DNA from: Chara braunii
Taxonomy: Eukaryota; Plantae; Charophyceae
Direction of reading: 5' to 3'
Assembly: GCA_003427395.1 (NCBI GenBank)
Contig: BFEA01000020.1
Coordinates: 449,645-513,644, forward strand
DNA: 64,000 bases
A program made the translations under genes and the position numbers. Below are positions 50,791 through 61,549 of the stretch, piece after piece. The number at the start of each line of letters is the position of its first letter. The first letter of the stretch is position 1. Under the pieces are notes generated by a model. The model was not told the DNA's origin and did no database searches. It worked only from the letters and a program-made list of their open reading frames with translations.

Positions 50791-53700
50791 CTTAATGACC
50801 CAGTAAAACTTCAAAACAATACTGCCTTCCTCCCAACCTTCCCCCAGATACAATTCCTTTTTGTTCACAATCTGCCTTCATACAACTAACAAAACTGAAA
50901 CTGAGATTGCACAGACGTTCCTTTATTTAGTCCAACTCATGTCCTGACAGTCAAACAACAAGTCAAAGTAGGGATACACACCATATACTCAGTCAGAACA
51001 TGCAATGGGTAGTACATATAGGGTTATAATCTGGGTTTATAGAGGGGGATGGAAGGTTACCTTACAATTCCCTGCCTCCAGAACTCCTCCTGAGTTCCGG
51101 CAGAGCTCCCTCAATCGGTGGGGTAACCTCCCACGTAGGCCTTGCTGCGGTCCTACAGGTTGCAATCCCGCCTGCCGCCTTCCTCTCAGATCAAGACTAG
51201 ACTTAGAGTAAGAAGGGCAAAAGTCGAGACATTAAGACCCTTAGATACAAGAGAGGAGCGCTCAAACTTTTGTGAGAGGGTCTTGTTACCTTCCTTCGCC
51301 TGAGGGCCCCGCAATGGCAGCCAAGTAACGCCCGCTTGGTCAACCAGAAGTCAAGCCGCTGAAACCAACTCTCCTGACGAACCCTCAATTCGCAGCAACA
51401 TCCCTACGTTCAACATGGGGTATAGCAGCTTGCAACCCACTCGCATCACGATGAAGCCCCGCAGACCGTTGGCTCCTACCGCCCACTGAGTCAAGGAGTC
51501 ACTCCGACATCGCCCATAGGCAATACAGACATCCCGAACTGAGCGGCCCTCATCTCGGTGTGCCAGGACCGTAGCAGGGGTCAGGTTCACTCCTTGTTAT
51601 AATCTCCGAAGGCGTACCTCACTCCTCAATGCACTGGACCTCAGGTAAGTCCTCCGAGTGAACCAGCGGTTGGACTCTTCTTCCTATCGCATACACCTGG
51701 ACGGTCCTCCGACAGGGTTCATACGGTCTCGACAAGTTTACAGGAGCTAACAAGCTACAAACAGGAGGAGGCTTTCCATGTGGCGGGGTGTCTGGCAGGA
51801 TGCCGAGCAGTACAGGTCTGGTCTCGATGATCAATTACGTAATAGTTTTCGCACAAGTTTGAGCATGAATCTTTCACTAGAACACAGAAATATGTGTGTT
51901 ACTTTGATTCTATCCTCCCCACAAACGGTTCTATGCTTGCATGGCCAAGATCACAGACTAAGGATCTAAATCTACTATCATCCGCCAATTCGCCGTGTCC
52001 CAAACCCCCGAAGCCACAATTTTCCTCATTCTATTTCATCAACAACCGCTTGGCGGCTCCTTTCCGGATCCCCACCATATCTGTAGTCATAGTCGTTGAA
52101 TGCAACACTTGTTCCCCTTACCTCATGGTTCTCTACTCCATTGCGAAATCCGACACTACCAATGGATTCGCAATGGCCCCAAACCTCCAACTAGTCCCCC
52201 TTCGCTCTTACTTTCAACGTGAGTCGAGCAAACTTCTACCTTCTTGGTCGGCCATCACGCCACCTCCCCGGTCCTCTTTCCTCGATTAGCTTCTAACTTA
52301 CTAACTTTCTACCCAAACTGACTTCTGATTCGAACTTGCCCTATTCTAAAACCTAGGAATAGTCTTTTCCCCTATCCGATTTCGTTGGGAATCACACGAG
52401 CTATGCCCTCTTCGCCCTTCTTCCCTTCAACATAGCTCCCTCTGCCACCCCCGTGGCGCCGCCCGCGTCCAGGTTCCTTTTTGCTTTTCCCTTCGTTTTT
52501 CCTATCCGCCTTGCCTCCCCGTGTCGGACGCTCATCCCCCGCCTACGTTGTTTTCCTCCGGTCCGGCCCTGCTCGTCCTGCTGTCCTACTCCGCCACTCC
52601 TCTGCACTAACGTTCGTCGCCCCGCTACTTCACCTCACCGTATCAGCACTCGTCACCCGCTGCTGCTATCACTCTGCTCCGTCTTCCCGTCGTTCGCTCA
52701 CTCTCTCGATGCCCACGCCCCACTCTCTCCGCGCTTACTCCACCCATAGCCAACTCACTACCTACATGCACCCACCACACCTTTCCGTCCTGATTCATTC
52801 GCACCCTTGCTATTCGCCTCGCCACCTCTCCGCCTGCTCTCACTCCCCTTCTTCACTTTCGTTGTCGTCACCTCGGCTCCCCAACACCGTGCGGTCCGAC
52901 AGTATCCAATTCCTCAAAACACTCGACTGTCGGACCCGCCCCGATTTATGTGCATCATCAGTGCGCACGGGCCGCGCCAGTCTTCCCCGTACCGTTCAAC
53001 CTTTGACGGGTGTCTATAGGGACCCGACCAAGCAACGCCCTGCAGCGGCACCAAGGGCCGCTCAACCTTTTTACCCCCGGCCCGCTAGTACAGGGGGTTG
53101 GGGCGGACCTCGTCCCTCTTGCTTTCCGCACGCACCTGGCCCTGCCGGCGTCCGAGTTCATTCCCGGATTCCCTCACGCCCTCCCGGTGCAGTGGCCACG
53201 CGGATCCTCTCTGTATCGTTCCAATTTTTACAGATATCCCGAAGGACCTTCAACCGGTGCAGCGCCCCACGATCTCTCAGAGTCTGGGCAGCCCCTCGCA
53301 GTGCAGAATTTTGGTATCTGGGTTCAGGTACAAGCTTGTATTTTCAATAGTTTAGTGGTGCACCCACTAAACTACACTCTTGGGGTCCTAGCAGCAGCCG
53401 AGGTATCACGCCCCGAAATAGAACGGGGCCGTTGAATAGAAGTAACAATAAAGGAAATAAAATAGTTATATAAGAACCACCAACGGGGGACGAAAATCTG
53501 CCGGCACCCCGCCAGTCCCGTGGGTCGTGCTCGTTAGCCCCTTCGGCCCTCAACCCCCCAGTTCCTTCCAACGCTCAATCGCTCCCGCGCTGCCGCCCCG
53601 CTGGCCTCGATCCCTGCACCTCCGTATCCTGAGTCCAACACCGTAACCAATAGGGCTAAGCCCAAGCCTGGGGTTGGCCTGTGCAGGACCCAATAAAAAA

Positions 53701-54982
53701 TGGTGTGGCGCCTCGCCCAGACCAGGGAAAACAGTCCGGCCTCACTCCTACCTATAACTAAGCATGCGACCTCTAAGCACCCGCGCTGGCTTGCCCAATT
53801 GACGTCGTGGCTGCCTTGCGCCCCACTTCATGCCAGACCTACCATTAGTCAACCGTGCCCAATGAAAGTAATTTTTTTATTCCCTATTCTAATGTGTAGC
53901 AAAATTCGGGTCGGTCAACCAAACCAGCTGCTCAATCAATCGGAGGAATCTCATGCGCGCCTTAAAACTGCGCGCCCACATACCCTCCATCTTAGTCAAG
54001 GTAAGTCACAGACGCGTCCGTGCCTCGCACAACCTATCTTGATCCAAGCTTGCTTTCTGTCATTTGCAAAAACCAGGGCGGATACCCTTCTCAGGGTATT
54101 CGCGCCGACAGCGTAATTGTCAGTACCTTTCCTGGCGACGCCTTTTCCTTCAATTCCTTTATCTCATTTACCATATTACTCAAAACACCCCCTAACGCAT
54201 TGTTAGTCCCTTGAATCGTTCCTACTGCCTTTCTCTTCCTTCGTTCCACCTTTACGTGATGGTGAAACACTTGATCAAAATCCCCCGTGGCAATATTTTT
54301 CTTGATGGTTTCCCATGTCGTTTTCCTACCTGATGCTTCTCCCTTAGTCATCTCCATTGCCTCATATCCCGAAAATTTTCCCAGGAAAATGAGACTCTCT
54401 CGGCCATCTTCTCGAAAGCATTAGCAAACGCCCCTCTCGTGGTGAAAAAATCCTGATTCATATTATACAAGTGCTCGACAGTGTGCAGACCGACCCCTAA
54501 CTTGAATTTCCTCTACATACCGTTCTTAAACTCAATCCAATTCTCATTGACATTTCTTGCAACTTCTTCCACATCCGGCCTAAACTCCCACCATACATAT
54601 TCGTACAACTGACAAAACTTCCCATCGGGAGTCAACCGGTTGAAGATTTGTTCTAGCAATTCCAACCAGTGAGACACTCTTTCTCCTTCGAAAGGGAAGG
54701 CATCTACTTTTGGCAGTTGTGACCTTTTGACCGTCATTTTTTCTAGTATCTTGACAATTTCGGTTGCGGTTATGGGTGACGGTCCTTCTCCATTGACGCC
54801 TTCGTCACCAAGGTCACTCATTTTTTCCTTTTCTCTTTTAGTTGGACTGTCGAATCTGTTAAGACACACAAGAACGACCATCGGACCCATCCCATGTTAT
54901 GACAAAATCCCCTTGATACTTATTAATAAGTTCTGATAGGTCCTGGGAATAACGACCCTGCTTGCAATGATACATATCATAT

Positions 54983-55603
54983 TTAGTAGCCCAAATCATC
55001 CAAATCTTTCCAATTTCTGTACCAAAAGTTTCTGACCATACCAAACAAGAAGGGAATATCATCCAAGAAGACCTCGATGCATGCCTCTCCACATAGTTTG
55101 CGCCAATACACCAATCGGTCTTCTAGGTGATAGATGCTTAGATACATATTCACGATGGACAAGACGTTATAAAAGTAATTTTCGACCAATTTCGGCCTCA
55201 TTCGTAGGTACAAACAATAAATGATATCGATTATCTCAAATTTGAAACTCATATCAAATACTGATTGTGCAGTGAGCACCGCTCGCTCCACGTTTTCTAT
55301 TCCCCAAAAAGCTTCATCTATTATGAACTTAGGAAGGGTAGCCTTAACGTTCGTCGTTGGATAGGCAAATTCAGTCGCCCACCTTACCTCAATCGATTGT
55401 ATGACCACTCCTTCTCCTCCCCGGTACATCTTTCGGAAAAATGCTTCAAGGGTCAACCCTGCAGTCATAACATACTTGGAAATTGGACGACTTTCTTCTA
55501 TGGCGAGGTCAATCACATGCGTCCTCCAAAGGAGGGTCGAAAGGTACAAGGTCACCCTTACTATCTCTTGTCGTTCATTTGTGGTCCAACCAGTCTCTAC
55601 CAA
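54983..55603 (-). CDS. 206-aa ORF of unknown function immediately upstream of gag (extra ORF)
   Basis: Uninterrupted, globular-looking composition; same strand as and directly 5' of the gag-like ORF; no motif recognised. Confidence 0.45.
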   Translation of the reverse strand: MVETGWTTNERQEIVRVTLYLSTLLWRTHVIDLAIEESRPISKYVMTAGLTLEAFFRKMYRGGEGVVIQSIEVRWATEFAYPTTNVKATLPKFIIDEAFWGIENVERAVLTAQSVFDMSFKFEIIDIIYCLYLRMRPKLVENYFYNVLSIVNMYLSIYHLEDRLVYWRKLCGEACIEVFLDDIPFLFGMVRNFWYRNWKDLDDLGY

Positions 55604-57043
55604 GAGGAATGCTTAAGGTCCTATCGGTATTCCACACCATACATCTATCTCCTTCCTTTCTTCCGTTCCCTTTCGAGGTAATGTCATCTTAATTCCTCCG
55701 TCTTTCTACTCAGGCAGGTTAATAAGAAAGTTTTTGTCTGCGAACCACATACCAGGAGTCATCGGATACCCTGTTTTACACAACCAGACAAAAGACACTC
55801 TTTCAATTAGTCAATTATCCGATCCTCTCTTCCTTACTCCCCCTCTTCTTCTATCTTTATTACTAATTTTTTCCTACTTCCAAGTTTCATGGGTCGGGGT
55901 TATCGCGCTGTCGGAGCACCCTTACAAGGGTATTTGCTCATGATTTTGCATACAGTATCAACGCCAGTTACCATACAGAGGACGGTCTGGAGTGAGAAGT
56001 GAGAATATTTTTGGCATAGCGCCGTGAAGCAAACTTCTCGACCATTGAGGACGAGATTTCTAGGTGATCATACGCAGTGATATGACGAGTACGACAAGCG
56101 AAAGGGGATAATAAAAACTAAAAGTCTCCGACCACAAGGGCCAGAGGGTTGGAAAAGAACGAGAAAAGGTCGCGTGGGATGCGGCGACCACGATCTAAAT
56201 CAGTCAAAGGCCCAGGCGGTAAGGCAAAAATGAATCAAAACGAGTGACGGGGCGTCGGACCAGCCGGTGTAGGAAAGTCAGCAGGTCGTGCCGCCGTAAA
56301 ATATAAAGACGACATGAAAAATTAATATGACCCCGGTCATGCGGCCGGGGCAGTCAAAAGAAACACACTGCTAACCATAATAGGTGACGACAGTCGGTAC
56401 TCGTATGTCGTGAGCGAGGTTGAGGCTACTGCTCAGCCTCCCGTATGAAGAGAGGAAGTCGCCTCTCGAGTGGTGACTTCGTGTCCGCTCGATCACCCAA
56501 GCAACCGGTGCCTTCGTCCCTTTGAGGGAGACACCGTTGCAAGATCTGATATCGTCCGCACAGGGTCCAGACTCAGGCTACTTGAACCAGTACCAGCCTA
56601 CCTATCGGTACTAGGCCTCTACAAATGTTAACTTTTGTCTTCTTCTGCTCGGGATCAAGTATCCGACACATCTACCTCTACCTAGTGTGGTACCGACCTA
56701 CCTGCTACTTAAGTATTTTCCGGTGCTCTGAAGTGTCGCGGGCCTTTTCTCCCACCTCTTGAGTGTTTTTCCGACTATAACCCTCAATGTTAAGATCACG
56801 AGTAAGTACCGGCCCTTCGGGACTTCTGATTAACAAGTGCCCTCGTGGGTCACACACCCACGCAAATCGACAAGCACTGAGACGGGCGTGCGGAACAGCA
56901 AGCGTACACACACATAGGAATGGGCTCGGGTCACTGGTCGGACTGAGCCCACTACTGTATATGTAATAGAGCGGTTCCTCTTCTAACCGAAGTAGGAGCT
57001 AGCTCTGTAGGTTTCGAGAAAGACTACCAAGCTGGAGATGTAA

Positions 57044-57188
57044 GGATCGAATCTGCCCCGACCATTGAGCTAGTTCCTTTTGTACTATCAGGGAGCTGCG
57101 CTTTTAGCTCCGACTTCCGGCGGCGGGGACTTGAACCCGCGACCTCGCTTTTACGACTAGTTGGAGTTAGCCAGTTGTAACAGGCCCC
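57044..57188 (-). other. tRNA-derived (Pol III box-like) sequence
   Basis: GAGGTCGCGGGTTCAAGTCCCCGC (T-arm/B-box, 57123-57146), then TAGCTCAATGGT (A-box-like, 57061-57072) and GATTCGATCC (57044-57053). No complete cloverleaf. Confidence 0.5.
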
Positions 57189-57666
57189 GTTGTAAACAAG
57201 TGTCATTACGGGGTAGTTAACAATTAGATTCGTTTTTCTTTTATTTTTATTATTATTATTTTTTTTTCCCTTTAACGATTTGATTTCATTCTTTATTTTT
57301 ATTATTATTTTTCCTTTTGTTTTGTTTTTTTTCTTTTTGATCCGTGATTATTTGATATAACTTTGATTTGGTGAATCTGTCGCAGGATTCGCGACAGATA
57401 CATCAAAAGCAAAAGACCCCATACAACACCATTACCCGTCAGCTCGCACCTCGATCTTGAAGTCGAACGGGAATCGAGGCGAACCAATTGCGTGGGGAAG
57501 TGGGGAAGGCGGGGCGCAGATAGAAGAAGAAGCCCCGCGTGCAGGCACTCGGGCAATTACGGGCGCGCGGTAAAAAATGAATGTGAGTGCTACTATGTGC
57601 GCGGAGCAGCAGAGATAGCGGGCAGAGCATCGCAGAGGGGCGCGCAAAGCAGCGGAGATAGCGTGC

Positions 57667-57694
57667 AGAAGAAGAAGAAGAGGAAGAAAAAGAA

Positions 57695-57727
<33 letters not shown>

Positions 57728-57830
57728 AAAAAAAAAGAAGAAAAAGAAGAAGAAGAAGAAGAAGAAGAAGAAGAAGAAGGAGAAGGAGAAGGAGAAGAGG
57801 AAGAAGAGGAAGGATGAGAAGAAGAGAGAG
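57667..57830. repeat. (AAG)n/(AGG)n purine microsatellite
   Basis: Direct reading. Confidence 0.95.
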
Positions 57831-58378
57831 CGGGAGGGGATACTCACCTGGCCCCTTGCAGTCGATGATGGCGCTGTGAGGATGGGTCCGTCATTGCCGA
57901 TTTGCTGAAACGCGCGCGTATGCCGGTCGTGTCATCCATGTCGGTACATCGTGAGGGTTTGTATTGCGCTGCGAGCAGGGAGCGACGAGTCGGCGACGAC
58001 GACGACAACGAGAAGAGGAAGATCGAACTGGTAAGTCTTCAACTTCGCGACTGGCTATGCACTACCTCCGTTTATATGAAAAGAAAAACTGAGTGAATCC
58101 AGCTCTACATCGTGGAAGTATACACTACGATTGAGTGTATCTACCTCGCAGCTAGTCTCGTAGTAGTATGACCGATAGGAGGGACAAAATCGAGTGAATC
58201 TACAAGTAGAACATGAAAATATACGCTACCACACTCGTCTGTGTGTGTTGAGTATGTGTGTTTGAGTGTGTGCGTGAGAGTGAGAAAGAGGGAAGGAGAT
58301 GGGGCACATGGTGGTCCTTAGGTGCAAATGGCATCTGTGTGTTGGGAAACGAGGTTGTGAGTGAGGCGAGAGACATAC

Positions 58379-58665
58379 CTGGTGCTGGAAGCGTGCGACA
58401 TTGGTCGTTGTATGCACGTACTTCGAAAAGTTGTTGATAGCATCATTCGACATTATAGCATGGACAAGGTAGGATCTGCAATCCGTAGTCTGGGCGTGAC
58501 AGATAGGATATCAACATTGGTTCTTCATTGATGATGATGATGATACTTTACCAGCATTATCAGTTATGAGCTCTCGGTGTTTTCTTATTTGGTGAAGCTC
58601 GTATTGGTTCCAGGTCACGACTATCTGGTCTTGTGTATACGATGCAGTTTGATTGTTGAAGTTCG
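58379..58665 (-). CDS. Candidate exons of a spliced gene or pseudogene, weakly resembling the N-terminus of vanadium haloperoxidase/PAP2-like proteins
   Basis: catag|...QDQIVVTWNQYELHQIRKHRELITDNA|gtaaag and ...CRSYLVHAIMSNDAINNFSKYVHTTTNVARFQHQ|gtatg; further GTGAGT donor at 57847. Exon phases not cleanly reconciled. Confidence 0.3.
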
Positions 58666-60366
58666 CTATGGCACGTTATTATTAATATCTATATAATTAT
58701 TATTATATATTTATTGTAGTTATTATTATTAAGATTGTTATTATTATTATTATTATTAGTATTATCAATATTATTATTGTTGAATTTGAATAAGATCGTA
58801 GTAGGACGAAGTCGGGGAAAAAGAGGGGGAGAGAGAGAGAGAAAAGGAGCGAGAGAAGGAGAGAAGCCATCGCGGGAGGAAGATGGAAGTGACCGTTGTC
58901 AGACCAAATACCCTTACAAGGGTATTTGGCCATGTTTTTTGCATTCGACACAGTGACGGCATCGGCTACCATGACAGAGCAAGTCTGGAATGGAAAGGGT
59001 GTGCACGCTTGAGCGTGACACTCGAAACAAATTCCTCGGCCATTGAGGCCGGGGACAAATCGGTGAGAAAATTTCGAGAGTATGAGCGCGCGTTATTATG
59101 ACGCGCGCTGTGATGGTTAGACCAGTAGTAATACCCGTCGACAGAAGAGGTCGAGGGATCAGTCAGGTTAATATTGTGTCGATGAGATCTATGACACACA
59201 CAGAGACTTAATCGCCAGTACATTAGTCAGAATAAATTAATATGCGCTGTTGGCACCATTACCCTGACAAGGGTAAATGTGCATGTTTTTGCACCTCGCA
59301 GAAGAGGCGATTGAGCCGGTACATAAAAGAATGGGGGGTTTGTCGCCAGCCGCGACTGACTACTGTATGTCAGAAGTGGCAGGCGTATGTATAGCTTGAT
59401 TAGAGAATGTGTGAGCATGCACTTTGCGGGCATGCGCGAGTTTTTTGACTACCGGGTAACTTAGGAGTTTAGACCGGACTGTGTGGGCCGCAGTCTCGCG
59501 ACCACTGATAAAGTCGTGGCCGACATAAGTGTAACTAGAAGGACTACGGCCAGGAAGGAGTCCTGGCTATCCCTCTGAAAGCCGACCTCTTTTTGGGTCG
59601 CATAGTGCAGGTCGCACAATACTGAGTTGACTATGTGTCACAGGGGACCGGAGGTTGGACGAATGGATATGGACTGGTCTCGGTAGGGGCGGATGCCGGG
59701 CTTCTTCCGGTAGGACGGCAGTAAAAAGGCCGGTCACGGCGTGACCAGGAAAGCCACACACTGCGGTTAATGGTACGCAAGACCGGCATGTGCGGCAAGA
59801 CACGCAAATGCCTGCCTCAAGGCGGTGCTGTACGGCGCTGCAAAGCCATGGCTTGGGGGACATGCCTTGCTGAGGGCAAGGCATGCCTCCGCAGGCCTAG
59901 GAAATCTGCGGATACTGTTTATAGGTAAGTTTGCGCCTGCTACCATCAGGCTGGGGCTTAGCCCTATTGATTACGGCGTTGGAGTTTCACCAGGCGGATC
60001 TCGGGATCAAGGCCAGCAAGGGGCAGTGAAGTAGCGGAGGAGCGTTTGAAGGGAACTAGGGGGTTGAGGGTCCTGCGGGACTATCCCCTTTAGTTTTGCT
60101 AGGGGAGTCCGACGCCGGGCCCCCTGGGATAGGACCAAGTGTCGACGGTCCTCCTCCCTCCTCCGCCCTCTTTCCCAAAATTTTCTAAGTCACGATTTTT
60201 TTTTATTATTTTTTTTTTTTCCTAAATTTTTGATTTCATTTTATTTGTTGTTTTTTTATCCCACTATGGGACATGGTCGGGACCGATCTGTGGACCGACG
60301 GGAATGCTCAGATCGACTTAGTAGGTACGCTCACGGACCATTCAGATACCACCAGGTTGTGGTATA

Positions 60367-60446
60367 GTCCTACGGGACATCCGTTAAAAATTGGAACGAT
60401 ACAGAACAGGCTGACACGGTCCCTTCGTAGGAAGGACAAGTATAAA
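60367..60446 (+). pseudogene. U6: U6 snRNA pseudogene, 5' three-quarters, diverged
   Basis: GTCC-TACG-GGACATCCGTTAAAAATTGGAACGATACAGA matches the plant U6 5' hairpin and the region up to the ACAGA box; downstream part degenerate, no oligo-T end. Confidence 0.78.
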
Positions 60447-61549
60447 GCCGGGTCACCGCCCGTCACTGTTGCTGCTGTAGCACGAGGTAGATTGCCAAAT
60501 TCTGTGCGACCTCCTGAAGGTGCTAATCGCAGGGTAGTGTGTTATGAGGAGTGTGAAAGTGACAAGGGAAAGGGACATGGCGGAGCTGATGGGCGTTGCC
60601 CTGTGCAACTAAAAGTGCTGGCAGCAATCGAGGAGAGGAGGAAAAATTTGAGGGAACCTAGACGCAGGCCTGCGCTAGGTGCATTCGAAGGTAACGAAGG
60701 GGCAGCGGGGAGTCGGAGAGGAAAGGAGTTGGGAGGAAGAGAGAGGAGCTCACCTTCAGCAAGGCTATGGGCAGCCGGCTCATGCAAACAGCAGAAGGGG
60801 GTCATGTCCTACAGATGAAGCACCTGGCTACAACTAAGTAAGGAAAGCGGAATGAACCTGAACGCGGTTCTGCGCCAGATACATTTGGAGGATGAAGGGA
60901 AAAGAGACGTCGGGCAAGAGAGTATGGCGGAAAGAGAATCCGTAGCACGGCTATTTCCTAACGAGACTTGATGAGGGGAGTTGATAGCCTGTGGTTTTGA
61001 AGGCTGACGAACACGAATCTGCAGTCAGGGAAGGCAGAAGGTTAGTAGGAGGGGAAAAAGAAAGGAAAAATGGTGAGCGGAGATGCCGCGAAACGGTGAT
61101 GGTAGGGGTGGAAGTAGACGGATCTCGACCGTTTTTTGACCAAATTGAGCAAGGTAAGATGCTAAATAGGGTTTTTTAGGTATNCTGAGTNAGATGGACG
61201 CGTCAGAACTTGAATCTGAACAGGGTTTGGTCGGTAAAAGAGGAGGGGGCTGCGCCACCATGGCCGAGCCAGCCATCGAAGTACTCCTTTTTTTTTTTCT
61301 TTTTTTTTTTTATCTCCCTAGCAAAGAATCATTGTCCTTTTGTTCACCCATGGTATGATATCTACCCAGGCGTAGGTTTCGTGTCCACCATCAGTACTAG
61401 TACATACCCTTCATCCCCCTATGGGGATTGTTTTCTCTGTTTCCAAAGCAGTCGTCCNCATTGCTCGTCATACTCCCTTACGGGTCGTGTTGGGTTGTTA
61501 TGGCTGAAATCCTTGAACCTGGCTACTATTACAGCCAGGCGTCGTGAAC

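Larger units (their letters stand above)
41600..51400 (-). mobile_element. Ty3/Gypsy LTR retrotransposon C: LTR/leader, partial gag, protease, RT (x3), RNase H; integrase and 3' LTR missing
   Basis: Domain order knuckle-PR-RT-RH on the minus strand, preceded by a ~4-kb non-coding region shared with A and B. Confidence 0.9.
53990..57222 (-). mobile_element. Decayed LTR-retrotransposon-like element F: putative LTR, upstream ORF and gag
   Basis: gag-like LPKVDAFPFEGERVSHWLELLEQIF...WIEFKNGM (54513..54890) continuing to 54091..54357; candidate TG start (TGTTAACTACCCCG) at 57222. Confidence 0.6.

Noticed and set aside
52481-53350. 289-aa ORF
   Set aside because: Pro/Ser/Arg-rich with a non-ATG start in a GC-rich repeat region; no domain or splice evidence.
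57110-57190. Functional tRNA gene
   Set aside because: Only the T-arm is well formed; acceptor, D and anticodon stems do not pair.
57492-57908. Lys-rich ORF (and the SLSL/THTH ORFs at 4151-6061)
   Set aside because: Translations of microsatellites.
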